Made by a program: the position numbers and the translations under genes. The notes beneath the pieces are model-generated. The model was given only the letters and a program-made list of their open reading frames with translations, ran no database searches and was not told the DNA's origin. From positions 10,239 to 74,238 of the forward strand of contig JAZKDT010000059.1 in assembly GCA_040387475.1 (NCBI GenBank): a stretch of 64,000 nt of DNA. Reading direction: 5' to 3'. This DNA is from Bacteroidota bacterium. GTDB taxonomy: Bacteria; Bacteroidota; Bacteroidia; B-17B0; Aurantibacillaceae. Shown piece by piece: positions 29,606-40,117 of the stretch (its first letter is position 1; each line of letters starts with the position of its first letter).

Positions 29606-29613
29606 TACTTTTG
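29606..29613 (+). promoter_or_regulatory. Bacteroidota -7 promoter box (TAnnTTTG) for the SRP RNA
   Basis: TACTTTTG lies ~4 nt upstream of the first base of the SRP RNA closing helix. Confidence 0.5.
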
Positions 29614-29615
29614 CG

Positions 29616-29714
29616 GTGGGTAAGTCTTTCACGACCAGCTCCTGTCAAATCCCCCAGGATGGGAACATAGCAAGGGTAGATGGTTGAGCGGTGCGATGAA
29701 AGTAGCTTACCCTT
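29616..29714 (+). ncRNA. ffs: Signal recognition particle RNA (small/4.5S type)
   Basis: The 5' GGGTAAGTCTTTCA pairs with the 3' TGAAAGTAGCTTACCC. The conserved domain IV core CCCCAGGATGGGAACATAGCAAGGGTAGATGG has a GGAA tetraloop and an AGCA loop. A T7 run follows. Confidence 0.85.
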
Positions 29715-29781
29715 TTTTTGTGCCCTTTTTTTACCCTTCCCGTTAAACCTTTTTGTAAAATTGCCATCTGAGTAAAGTATT

Positions 29782-30516
29782 TTGAAACTTCTCTTATATA
29801 GTTTATGTGTCCTGATCTGTTCCCTAACATCAGAGCCTTCGCATGCACAAAACTCAAAGCAATACCTTACTGATTCTTTAACCCGAAAATTTCAAAAAGA
29901 TAGTGCACACATATACAGATTTAAATTAATCAGACCTTACATAGCCATTGATAACAGAAATTCATTTATTAAAGAAGGTCCGGTGAATGTAAAAGGTTTT
30001 CAGTTTGGTATAATTATCAAAGAACATCATACCGTGGGCCGAGGTATCTATAGCTTGCAGGATAATTCCAAACAAAATTTAACCAGTCTCGACGAAAATA
30101 GCATTCCTCTTAAAAGAACGTTGAATTTAAATTACGTGACTTTGTTTTATCAATACACGATTATTGATACACGCTTCTTTGAATTGGCGCTTCCCCTCGA
30201 AATAGGCTTAGGAACTTACCGATTGAAACTCATTGACGATATACAAGATAAAGTTGTATCCGAAAAAACAGGTAGTACAACTCTTACCAGCGGCGGGGCC
30301 GATATTGTATTGAAACCTTTTAAATGGGTAGGTCTCACTGCAAGTGCAGGTTATCGATTTGCTTTTGATAAGAATCCAAATATAAATTTTAGCGGGGCCT
30401 ATTATTCTTACGGCCTATGGGTTGATTTAAGACAAATATACCGGGATACTAAATTTTATGGATTCACCCGTAAAAAATACAGGCGGCACATGAAAGAAAT
30501 TATGAAAGAGCATTAA
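29782..30516 (+). CDS. Hypothetical secreted protein (possible small beta-barrel)
   Basis: Apparent TTG start, signal peptide ending SHAQ, and a C-terminal basic tail. I recognise no family. Confidence 0.4.
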   Translation: MKLLLYSLCVLICSLTSEPSHAQNSKQYLTDSLTRKFQKDSAHIYRFKLIRPYIAIDNRNSFIKEGPVNVKGFQFGIIIKEHHTVGRGIYSLQDNSKQNLTSLDENSIPLKRTLNLNYVTLFYQYTIIDTRFFELALPLEIGLGTYRLKLIDDIQDKVVSEKTGSTTLTSGGADIVLKPFKWVGLTASAGYRFAFDKNPNINFSGAYYSYGLWVDLRQIYRDTKFYGFTRKKYRRHMKEIMKEH

Positions 30517-30517
30517 T

Positions 30518-32596
30518 CTACTTTTGTACGATTAATTTAACCGGCTTTCCGACGTCCTTTCCGTTATTTACGAAACGACACAGATAGGTACCACTTTCAA
30601 AATGAGTTAACGAAATAGCCATTTCGTTATGAATAGCCTGCCTGTAAGTTTGCGTCAACATTTCTCTTCCTAATAAATCGCAGATAATAATGGTTGAATT
30701 TGTCAATGCACTATTCTCTGAATTTACAAATACCATATCTGTTGTCGGATTTGGGAATAGCGTAATCGCATTCTCCAATCCCGAAAGCTTATCAACACCT
30801 GTAATCATACAATTTCCAGGCATATTCGCATCTAACCAGGTAATACGCGTTGAGATCCAGGATTTAAATAAGTTAATGTCTCCCTGAAATGTAGTTGGCT
30901 GCGTTCCTACTTCTGGAGTTCCAACATCAACACCCTGGGTAGACCATTTAGCCTGGTGACGTTGCTGTGCTGAATCCAGGTAAACAGCCGCGGAATCAAT
31001 ATAACTAAATAAATTGGTTGTACTTAAAACAGTGTTCCTTAAATTAACCCATCTGCACCTGAGTTCATTTCTAAAAGTAGAATCCTCCAATAGTCTCACA
31101 TACCATCCATTTGAATTTACATCCGGATTACAATCATTTATTTTATAAGCCCAACCCGACCCATTGGTAGCCGAAAAAATACTACATCCTGGGATATTGG
31201 TCCAGGCCCAATCGAAGTCCCAGACTGGTCCGGCTTTCAATTTTCCTCCGTTGTCATCCCTGTCTTTATGCATGAACCAACTCTTCTTAAAACCGTCGTT
31301 ATTACGCGATAATTCGTTCACGATAAAGTAATCAATAAATGAAGCTGTGCTCAGATAAGCTCGGTAACCTGTTAAGGGATCAGCGAATGTTGACCCATAC
31401 AAAGCCGTTTCCATGGTGTTAACGTAAGCTTGAATATATGTTTTTTGTTGCGCCGTTATATTGTCAGGTTTTGGATACTCATAAACCAAATGCACAGGAA
31501 AAGAGGGATGATCTACAGGCTGATAATTTAACAACCAGCTATTAGATGCGTCCCAGTAATCGTTTTTAATAATGTAGCCACCGGTCATATTTATTCCTGA
31601 ATTTTCGGTGGAATCCAGTTTCGCAATATCAACCCGGTTATTATCCCGTTTGATTTTTTCGGATAAAAAATAAACACCCTGGTATTGACCATTTAATACC
31701 ACCTCACAAGGTTTGGATCTGGTAGCATAATGTCCCATCTGTTCAAATAGTTAATTAGCCAATGAATTTCTAAGGTAGGTTCTGTCGTTGTATGTTGCAA
31801 GTAAACACCAATCATGTTCAGGAGGCATTCCTAACAGCGTTGTATCGTTTTCGAGCATAGCTGTATTCCTGGTTTCAATGGCATAAGGCTTCTGAGGCAA
31901 GCTTGCCGAAAAATTTCCACGAATCTCGATCCCAATGTTGTTATTGTAAGCATTGGGTGCATCGGTAACATGGTTTATCATACCAGGGCCATTATTAATG
32001 ATTTTCATATGAGCATTTATCTTGGGATCATTTATAATCGTTTGAGAAAACGTGTTAATGACAACAATCGGTAAATTAGAAGAGGTGAATATATTTGGCA
32101 AAGGCGCATTTGTTGCAAACGTTATACTCCAGTTCAACAAGTTACCTACATCACTGGCGTATGTATCCACTATTCTCAATTTCCAAATGCCATTTCCATT
32201 TTGGCCATTGTTTGCATTTCCTAACGTATTCATAGGCTTATAAGTTCCTGAGAAAGGTGCAGATCCTGAAACTATCGAAGTAGTTACCGTTTGATTAAAG
32301 CATGTATTCGTAAAATTATTTCCGCTCCCGCCAACATAAGATAATAACATAACATCAGTTCCATCAGGAGCTATCAAATTAATATTCAAATCAGAATCAT
32401 AGGTATGTGTGATATTCATACACACATTTACTAATCCGTGTGTAGCATTCAGCGTAGCAGGTGTTAGCCCGGCAACATTTATATTGAAATCATTATTTTG
32501 CCCGTCATCGGAAATTGCACCGCCACCTCCTGAAAACGTTTGAGCATAGAGACCTGCAGAAAAAACCAAAAGTATTAACGAGAATAGAAGTTTCAT
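30518..32596 (-). pseudogene. P-domain + CotH kinase-family + T9SS CTD protein, interrupted by one in-frame TAA (31751-31753)
   Basis: ORFs 31751-32596 and 30518-31738 are in the same frame. Together they are collinear with the intact 702-aa paralog upstream (RNSLAN*LFEQMGHYAT against RNVLSYDIANKTGHYAS). Confidence 0.7.
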
Positions 32597-32628
32597 TTTA
32601 TATACATCAAAGATTTCAGGATTTGGAG

Positions 32629-34695
32629 TTAGTTGGTTTTAATAATTTTTTTCACAATATTCTTTTTGCCACTTGTGATTTTTAAAAAATAAACTCCGTT
32701 GTTTAAAGATTGGTCAAAGTTAATTTCTATGTTGCTTTCACCATCATTCAAATCCTTTGCTCGTAGCTGCTTAACCACGTTTCCTAATACATCAGTTACC
32801 TGAAAATCGACCGTTTGTTGATACGCCAAATACAGTTTAACATTAAAGTTATGGCTAAAAGGATTGGGAGAAAGTGTTACGTTTTTATCGCTCAATTCAT
32901 TTTCACTTAATCCAACCGTACAAACACCCGGCAAATTAGAATCCATCCAGGTAATACGATTAAGTATCCAGTTTTTCAACGCAGTAATTTCTCCGGCGTA
33001 ACTGGTTGCTATAGGACTTGGATTGGGCCAGGTATAAACTCCCAAAATGGGCCACAGGTCAAAATGTCGAGCTTGTGCTTGATTTAAGTGCCCTGCCACC
33101 GAATCAATGTAATTATTTAAAACAGGAATGCTGAGCGTCGTTAAACGTAACTCGTTCCATCTGCATTTAAGCTCCGCTGTATAACCGGGATCTTCTAATA
33201 ATCGTCTCCACCAAAAATTATTTTGCCAGCCACCAGGACAAACCGTTCCCTGGTTCCATGCCCATCCGGTATAAAGTTCGGCCTGGCAATAATCTGCATT
33301 CCACCAGGCTATATTGTAATCCCAGGCAGGGCCCGCATGTAATTTGCCGCCCTGGCTGTATTTATCTTTATGAAAAAAAGTACTCAGGCGGTAACCGTCG
33401 ACATTTTTACTTAATTCGTTTAAAAGAAAATAATCAATAAACGTAGTGACACCAATATATTTTCTGTAGCCAGTAACCGGGTTAGAAAATGTGGGGCTGG
33501 CTAATACATCTTCTACCGTGTCAATATAGGCTTGAATATATGCTTTTTGTTGAGGGGCAATATCAGTAGCGTTTGGATAAACGTAAACAAAATTTACCGG
33601 CGTACCATCATCAGCATTATAGGAAGATGTCCAATAGGTATTAGGTCCGTCATCCCTGTCTACTTTTATAATATAGCCTCCGGTTAACTGATCGCCTGAA
33701 ATATCTGTTGGCAATAATTTAGAAACATCAACGCGATTATTATCGCGCTTTACTTTTTCCATTAATACATAAATACCCTGGTACTGGCCGTTAATCAGCA
33801 ATTCACAAAATTGGGTGCGTGATGCATAGTGTCCTGTTTTATTAGCAATATCATAACTTAAAACATTTCTGATACATGTTTTATCGTCGTATGGCGCATA
33901 TAAAATCCAATCATGTTCAGCAGGCATTCCCAATAAAATAGTATCATTGTCTAAATTGTTAACGTCTCTTGTTTCAAGTCCGTACGACTTTTGAGGAAAA
34001 CCTGAAGAACTCGACCCTCGAATTTCTATACCAATATTATTATTATACGCATTTGGTAAATCAGTCGTGTAATTAGTTACTCCCGGTCCATTATAAATGA
34101 TCTTCATTCCTGCATCTATTTTGGGTTCATTAACAATAGTTTGAGAAAATGTATTGATCATAACAATAGGCAAGTCAGAAGCAGTAAATACATTTGGAAG
34201 TGGAGCATTTGATCCAAACGTTATACTCCAATTTAATAAATTTCCTACATCCTGCGCATACGTATCTACAATTCTTAGTTTCCAGGCGCCATTACCGTTT
34301 TGGTTATTGTTAGCATTTCCCAGCGTATTCATCGGTTTAAAAGTACCCGTAAATGGTGCGGAGCCTGAAAATATGGAGTTAGTGACCGTTTGATTAAAAC
34401 AGGTATTAGTGAAATTATTTCCGCTTCCTCCTGCCCCCGAAACCAACATCATATTTGTTCCATCTGGTGCGATTAAATTAATGTTCAAATCCGAATCATA
34501 GGTATGCGTGATATTAAAACAAACACTCACTAATCCGTGCGTATTGTTTAGAGCGGAAGGCGCAAGACCGTTGACGTTAATAGTGAAATCATTATTTTGT
34601 CCGTCATCTGATATACCACCACCCGTTCCCGAAAATGTTTGAGAGCAGAGGTTAATTGAAAAAAGAATTAAAAAAAAATGTAGGAGTTTTGTCAT
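32629..34695 (-). CDS. Secreted proprotein-convertase P-domain + CotH kinase-family protein with a T9SS type A CTD
   Basis: P-domain block NITHTYDSDLNINLIAPDGT...GAWKLRIVDTYAQDVGNLLNWSITF. CotH block INGQYQGIYVLMEKVKRDNNRVDV. C-terminus LSPNPFSHNFNVKL...NGVYFLKI...KKIIKTN. Start moved to MTKLLHFFLILF. Confidence 0.8.
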   Translation of the reverse strand: MTKLLHFFLILFSINLCSQTFSGTGGGISDDGQNNDFTINVNGLAPSALNNTHGLVSVCFNITHTYDSDLNINLIAPDGTNMMLVSGAGGSGNNFTNTCFNQTVTNSIFSGSAPFTGTFKPMNTLGNANNNQNGNGAWKLRIVDTYAQDVGNLLNWSITFGSNAPLPNVFTASDLPIVMINTFSQTIVNEPKIDAGMKIIYNGPGVTNYTTDLPNAYNNNIGIEIRGSSSSGFPQKSYGLETRDVNNLDNDTILLGMPAEHDWILYAPYDDKTCIRNVLSYDIANKTGHYASRTQFCELLINGQYQGIYVLMEKVKRDNNRVDVSKLLPTDISGDQLTGGYIIKVDRDDGPNTYWTSSYNADDGTPVNFVYVYPNATDIAPQQKAYIQAYIDTVEDVLASPTFSNPVTGYRKYIGVTTFIDYFLLNELSKNVDGYRLSTFFHKDKYSQGGKLHAGPAWDYNIAWWNADYCQAELYTGWAWNQGTVCPGGWQNNFWWRRLLEDPGYTAELKCRWNELRLTTLSIPVLNNYIDSVAGHLNQAQARHFDLWPILGVYTWPNPSPIATSYAGEITALKNWILNRITWMDSNLPGVCTVGLSENELSDKNVTLSPNPFSHNFNVKLYLAYQQTVDFQVTDVLGNVVKQLRAKDLNDGESNIEINFDQSLNNGVYFLKITSGKKNIVKKIIKTN

Positions 34696-34886
34696 ATGAA
34701 TTCGTTGTTTAACGAATTTACATAAAATTAACTTCAATTTATCATAGAATATACATTAAATAACTTTACTATGGTATTTATAAATCACTGATCTTAACAC
34801 CGGTAAACTAATTTGTATTTGGATGACTTTAATTAAATTTACTGAATATGCTAATTATGAGTAGTTTTATTATAAAAATAACCCCT

Positions 34887-37034
34887 ATGAAAAAAATTTA
34901 TCTTCTCGTTCTTTTTTTATCCTGTTTCAGAGTTTACTCGCAGGTAGTTACTTATTATAAAGATGCTGATTTGGATACGTATGGTAATCCGGCAATAAGT
35001 CAAAATTCGTCTACAGGTGCGCCCGTAGGTTACGTATTGGACAATACAGATTGTAACGACAGTGATCCAAATTCTAATCCCGGAGAAATAGATATTTGCA
35101 ATAACATGGATGATAATTGCAACGGCTGGATTGACGAGGGAGGAACAACTACTTTTTACAGGGATTTTGACAACGACGGGTTTGGAATGGCGAGTAGCGG
35201 CACAACCCTTGCCTGTACAGCTCCTCCCGGTTATGCCGGCAATAATGCTGATTGTAACGACGGAAATGCAAATATTCATCCGGGTGCGACTGAAATTATT
35301 GGCGACGGTATAGATCAGGATTGTAATATGATGGAAATGTGTTACGTGGATGCTGATAATGACGGATATCGGCCTAACAGCACGGCCACTGTAAATAGCT
35401 CTGACATGGATTGTGTTGATGCCTACGAGGCAACTCCGTCCGATCCGGTAGGCGATTGTGATGATGCCAATATGAACATCAATCCCGGTCGTCCGGAGAT
35501 GTGCAATGGCGTGGATGATGATTGCGACGGGCTTATTGACGAAGGATTTACTACGACTTACTACAGGGATTTTGATAGCGATGGATACGGAATGGCTGCC
35601 AGCGGGACAACTATCGCATGTTCTGCTCCAACAGGATATGTATCTAATAATACAGATTGTAACGATGGAAATTCCGCCATCCATCCAGGTGCTGTTGAAA
35701 TTATTGGCGACGGGATAGACCAGAATTGCAACTCTATGGAAGTTTGCTACGCTGATGCAGATAATGATGGCTACAGACCTAATAGCACGGCAACTGTTAA
35801 TAGCTCTGATTTGGATTGTAATGATGCGTTCGAAGCTACAACCACAGATCCGGTTGGTGATTGTGATGATGCCAATTTTAACATTCATCCCGGAAGTTTC
35901 GAGATTTGCAATGGAATAGATGAAGACTGCGATAGTTTTATTGACGAAGGGCTAACCACCACCTATTACCGTGATTTTGATAGTGATGGATATGGCATGG
36001 CCAGTAGTGGAACAACTGTTGCTTGTACCGCGCCTGCCGGATATGTATCTAATAATACAGATTGTAACGATGGAGACCCAGGCGTTCATCCGGGTGCTAC
36101 CGAAATTATTGGCGATGGAATCGACCAGGATTGCAACACCATGGAAGTGTGCTACGCTGATGCAGATAATGATGGATACCGCCCTAACAGCACAGCTACA
36201 GTAAACAGCTCTGATTTAGATTGCTTCGATGCTTTTGAAGCTGTTGGTGCGGATCCCACAGCAGATTGTAATGACAATGATTTTAACATGAATCCCGGGG
36301 TTGTAGATATTTGCAACGGCATGGATGATAATTGCAATAGTTGGATTGATGAAGGAGGGACGACTATTTTCTACAGAGACTTTGATAGCGACGGATATGG
36401 CATGGCTGCAAGTGGCACTACTATGGCATGCTCTGCTCCTCCGGGTTATGCCTCAAATAATATGGATTGTAATGATGCAGACGGGAACATCCATCCGGCA
36501 GCCACCGAGATTTGCGATGGAGCGAATGTTGATGAAAATTGTAATGGCTTAGCAGATGACTCTGATGCTTCCGCTATCAATACAATTGTATTTTATTTAG
36601 ATGCAGATGGCGACAGTTTTGGCGTTACATCTAACTCCATTACCAAATGCGATCCTATTGGCTCATATTCGGCTATCATTGGCGGTGATTGTGATGACTC
36701 CAATCCAAATATTAATCCAAATATGTTAGAAATAGTGAATGGAATAGATGACAACTGTGACGGAGCCGTAGATGAATTATCAACTTCTATAGTTGAGTTA
36801 AGTACAATTGATAAAATTTATCTTTATCCAAATCCTGCCAGCGAAAAAATTACTGTTGTGGGAATCACATCCAAAACAAAATATCAAATTATCAATTATA
36901 TTGGTGCAATAGTGCAGGAAGACTGGATTGATGCGGAAAACCCAACTATCCCTATCAAATCTCTATCATCGGGGTTGTATCAGGTAAAATTGATTAAAGA
37001 CAAAACAAAAGCTATTAAATTAATTAAAGAATAA
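34887..37034 (+). CDS. Putative metal-binding (MopE-like) motif repeat protein with a T9SS type A CTD
   Basis: Signal peptide MKKIYLLVLFLSCFRVYSQ. Repeated DxDxDGYG and DC(D/N)DxxxxI(N/H)PGxxExCNGxDDDCDG motifs. C-terminus IYLYPNPASEKITVVGI...SGLYQVKLI. Confidence 0.8.
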   Translation: MKKIYLLVLFLSCFRVYSQVVTYYKDADLDTYGNPAISQNSSTGAPVGYVLDNTDCNDSDPNSNPGEIDICNNMDDNCNGWIDEGGTTTFYRDFDNDGFGMASSGTTLACTAPPGYAGNNADCNDGNANIHPGATEIIGDGIDQDCNMMEMCYVDADNDGYRPNSTATVNSSDMDCVDAYEATPSDPVGDCDDANMNINPGRPEMCNGVDDDCDGLIDEGFTTTYYRDFDSDGYGMAASGTTIACSAPTGYVSNNTDCNDGNSAIHPGAVEIIGDGIDQNCNSMEVCYADADNDGYRPNSTATVNSSDLDCNDAFEATTTDPVGDCDDANFNIHPGSFEICNGIDEDCDSFIDEGLTTTYYRDFDSDGYGMASSGTTVACTAPAGYVSNNTDCNDGDPGVHPGATEIIGDGIDQDCNTMEVCYADADNDGYRPNSTATVNSSDLDCFDAFEAVGADPTADCNDNDFNMNPGVVDICNGMDDNCNSWIDEGGTTIFYRDFDSDGYGMAASGTTMACSAPPGYASNNMDCNDADGNIHPAATEICDGANVDENCNGLADDSDASAINTIVFYLDADGDSFGVTSNSITKCDPIGSYSAIIGGDCDDSNPNINPNMLEIVNGIDDNCDGAVDELSTSIVELSTIDKIYLYPNPASEKITVVGITSKTKYQIINYIGAIVQEDWIDAENPTIPIKSLSSGLYQVKLIKDKTKAIKLIKE
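35142..36770 (+). repeat. Four tandem ~405-nt (135-aa) coding repeats in the MopE-like protein
   Basis: TT(T/I)(F/Y)YRDFD(N/S)DG(F/Y)GMA recurs at about aa 101, 236, 371 and 506 of the listed ORF, with extended nucleotide similarity between the units. Confidence 0.85.
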
Positions 37035-37046
37035 GGTTTATAAACG

Positions 37047-37084
37047 TAAAAAAGCCGTTCCAATACTGGAACGGCTTTTTTGTT
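37047..37084. terminator. Bidirectional rho-independent terminator
   Basis: AAAAAAGCCGTTCCA-atac-TGGAACGGCTTTTTT, a 10-bp GC-containing stem flanked by an A-run and a T-run, between convergent genes. Confidence 0.85.
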
Positions 37085-37097
37085 TTTATTAAAACAA

Positions 37098-39908
37098 CTA
37101 CTTGCTCAAATATAAATTACGTTCACTGTATATGTTTTGGAAATACTCGTCTTGCAAACTATCAATAAAATAAATAGCTTCACCCGTTGATTTCATTTCA
37201 GGACCTAATTCCTTCTGAATCTCAGGGAATTTTTCGTAACTAAATACCGGAATTTTAATGGCGTATCCTTTTTGCTTAGGCTCAAATTTAAAATCTTTTA
37301 CTTTAGCACCTAACATCACCTTTGTAGCATAATTTACATAAGGCTCATCGTATGCTTTAGCAATAAATGGCACAGTACGCGATGCGCGGGGATTTGCCTC
37401 GATAATGTAAACGACCTCATCTTTAATGGCAAATTGTATATTTAATAGCCCAACGGTGTTCAAAGCCACTGCGATCGTTTTGGTATGTTGCTCCATTTGT
37501 TTCAGCACATTTTCGCTCAGGTCAAATGGAGGTAACACAGCATAACTATCTCCGCTGTGAATACCAGCAGGCTCAATATGTTCCATCATACCAATAATGT
37601 GAACATCTTTGCCGTCACAAATCGAATCCGATTCAGCTTCAATGGCATTTTGCAAAAAGTGATCCAATAAAACCTGGTTGCCCGGCAAATCGTGCAGTAA
37701 TTTAACCACGTGCTGTTCAAGTTCTTCTTCATTAATAACAATCTTCATGCTTTGTCCACCTAATACATAACTCGGGCGAACCAATAAAGGAAAGCCCAAT
37801 TCTTTAGATAAGGTAATCGCTTCTTCAGCATCTGTAATAACTCCGAACTTAGGATAAGGGATATTATGATCTTTTAATAAGTTAGAAAATCTTCCCCTGT
37901 CTTCAGCAAGATCTAAGGATTTAAAATCGGTGCCTATAATTTTAATGCCATAACGTTCTAATTTCTCTGCTAATTTCAAAGCTGTTTGGCCACCTAATTG
38001 AACAATCACACCCACAGGTTTTTCATGTAAAATGATATCGTAAATATGCTCCCAGAACACCGGTTCAAAATATAATTTATCGGCCGTACTAAAATCAGTA
38101 CTAACAGTTTCCGGGTTACAGTTGATCATGATTGTTTCGTAACCCATTTCTTTGGCTGCTAAAACGCCATGTACACAGCTGTAATCGAACTCAATACCCT
38201 GACCAATACGGTTTGGTCCGCTGCCTAAGATGATCACTTTCTTTTTATCTGTGCGAATACTTTCATTTTCATCTTCAAACGTCGAATAATAATAAGGCGT
38301 CTTTGCTTCAAACTCCGCCGCACAGGTATCAACCATTTTAAAGACGCGGTTAATATTCATTTCCTTACGCTTATTATAAACCTCACTTTCCAAACAACGC
38401 AACAAATGCGCTACTTGCCTGTCGGCATATCCCATTTGTTTCACTTCATAAAGTATATCTCTTGGAATATCACTTAACTTATACTTAGATACTTCATTCT
38501 CCAAAGCAATCATCTGTTCGATTTGCTCCAGGAACCACATATCAATGCGCGTTAGCTTTTGAATTGTTTTGATAGAAATACCCAATTTCATCGCATCATA
38601 GATCATGAACAAACGATTCCAACTTGGCCTTTCCAACCCCGCTAATAATTCGGCCTGATTTGTATTTTCTTTTCCATCTGCACCTAAACCATTGCGTTTA
38701 ATTTCCAATGATTGACAAGCTTTTTGCAGAGCTTCCTGGAAAGAACGGCCGATCGCCATTACCTCACCAACCGACTTCATCTGGAAACCTAATTCGCGAT
38801 TACAACCTTTAAATTTATCGAAGTTCCAACGTGGAATTTTTACGATCACATAATCCAAAGTTGGTTCAAAATATGCTGACGTTTGTTTCGTAATTTGATT
38901 TTGTAGTTCATCCAACGTATATCCAATGGCTAATTTACTGGCGATACGCGCAATTGGGTAACCGGTTGCTTTACTGGCTAATGCAGATGACCGGGATACA
39001 CGCGGGTTAATTTCAATGGCAATGATCTCTTCTTTTTCGTCATCGCTTACCGCAAATTGCACGTTACATCCACCCGAGAAATTACCAATACTGCGCATCA
39101 TTTTGATAGCCATGGTACGCATTTTTTGATAGGTGCTATCACTTAATGTTTGTGCAGGAGCTACTGTAATACTGTCTCCGGTATGCACACCCATTGGATC
39201 AAAATTTTCGATGGAACAAATAATCGCTACGTTATCGCTCTTATCACGCAACAATTCCAATTCATATTCTTTCCAGCCTAAAACAGCTTTATCAATTAAA
39301 ACTTCATGTATCGGTGAAGTCTGCAAACCTCTGTTCAATAAGTGATCATAATCTTCTTTTTTATAAACTACTGAACCACCGCTTCCACCAAGGGTAAACG
39401 AAGGGCGGATCACTAAAGGAAATCCAAACTCCTGGGCAATAGATTTACCTTCTAAAAATGACTTAGCTATTTTAGACGGAGCCATAGAGACACCAATCTC
39501 ATTCATGCGGATGCGGAACAAATCTCTATCTTCGGTTACCTTAATTGCATCGATATCAACACCGATCATTTTCACCCCGTATTTTTTCCATATGCCCAGG
39601 TCATCACACTTTAAAGCCAGGTTTAATGCTGTTTGTCCGCCCATTGTCGGCAATACAGCATCAATTTTTCTTTCTTCCAAAATTTTGATGATCGATTTTA
39701 CTTCCAGAGGCAACAGGTATATATGATCTGCCGTTACTTTGTCAGTCATGATCGTAGCGGGATTGGAATTGATTAATGTGACTTCAATACCTTCCTCGCG
39801 AAGGCTTTTAGCAGACTGGGAACCTGAGTAATCAAACTCGCAGGCCTGACCAATAATAATGGGGCCGGAACCAATAATTAAAACGGATTTTATAGATGTG
39901 TCTTTCAT
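37098..39908 (-). CDS. carB: Carbamoyl-phosphate synthase large subunit, short form ending at the allosteric-domain boundary
   Basis: Two ATP-grasp halves (IIGSGPIIIGQACEFDYSG and ILGSGPNRIGQGIEFDYS). At 936 aa it corresponds to E. coli CarB without its C-terminal ~135-aa MGS-like domain. Confidence 0.9.
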   Translation of the reverse strand: MKDTSIKSVLIIGSGPIIIGQACEFDYSGSQSAKSLREEGIEVTLINSNPATIMTDKVTADHIYLLPLEVKSIIKILEERKIDAVLPTMGGQTALNLALKCDDLGIWKKYGVKMIGVDIDAIKVTEDRDLFRIRMNEIGVSMAPSKIAKSFLEGKSIAQEFGFPLVIRPSFTLGGSGGSVVYKKEDYDHLLNRGLQTSPIHEVLIDKAVLGWKEYELELLRDKSDNVAIICSIENFDPMGVHTGDSITVAPAQTLSDSTYQKMRTMAIKMMRSIGNFSGGCNVQFAVSDDEKEEIIAIEINPRVSRSSALASKATGYPIARIASKLAIGYTLDELQNQITKQTSAYFEPTLDYVIVKIPRWNFDKFKGCNRELGFQMKSVGEVMAIGRSFQEALQKACQSLEIKRNGLGADGKENTNQAELLAGLERPSWNRLFMIYDAMKLGISIKTIQKLTRIDMWFLEQIEQMIALENEVSKYKLSDIPRDILYEVKQMGYADRQVAHLLRCLESEVYNKRKEMNINRVFKMVDTCAAEFEAKTPYYYSTFEDENESIRTDKKKVIILGSGPNRIGQGIEFDYSCVHGVLAAKEMGYETIMINCNPETVSTDFSTADKLYFEPVFWEHIYDIILHEKPVGVIVQLGGQTALKLAEKLERYGIKIIGTDFKSLDLAEDRGRFSNLLKDHNIPYPKFGVITDAEEAITLSKELGFPLLVRPSYVLGGQSMKIVINEEELEQHVVKLLHDLPGNQVLLDHFLQNAIEAESDSICDGKDVHIIGMMEHIEPAGIHSGDSYAVLPPFDLSENVLKQMEQHTKTIAVALNTVGLLNIQFAIKDEVVYIIEANPRASRTVPFIAKAYDEPYVNYATKVMLGAKVKDFKFEPKQKGYAIKIPVFSYEKFPEIQKELGPEMKSTGEAIYFIDSLQDEYFQNIYSERNLYLSK

Positions 39909-39913
39909 AATTT

Positions 39914-40012
39914 AGTTTAAAGTTTGAAAGTTGAGAAAGTTTGAAAGTTGGATTACATAGCAGAAAATTGATTAAACTTTCTAAACCTTTGAACTTTAAA
40001 ACTTTCCAAACC
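39914..40012 (-). promoter_or_regulatory. Repeat-rich long imperfect hairpin in the carB 5' leader
   Basis: Direct repeats AAGTTTGAAAGTT occur twice, facing inverted copies AACTTTAAAACTTTCC / AAACTTTCTAAACC ~40 nt away. The structure ends ~6 nt from the carB ATG. Confidence 0.45.
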
Positions 40013-40117
40013 ATTGGAAAAAACAAACTTGGTAAAGATAGCGCTTTGATAGACTTTTGCCTTATTAAGATTTTAACATTTAATTAATAAGCAGGCTTTT
40101 TGTTTTAATTCGTAAGT

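Noticed and set aside
29645-29857. 70-aa minus-strand ORF
   Set aside because: It overlaps the SRP RNA, whose conserved domain IV and closing helix explain this sequence better.
34917-35888. 323-aa minus-strand ORF plus several 60-80-aa ORFs antisense or out of frame within 34848-37034
   Set aside because: They lie inside the MopE-like repeat gene. The repetitive stop-poor codon composition keeps other frames open. They have no signal peptide or motifs, whereas the plus frame has a signal peptide, motifs and a T9SS CTD.
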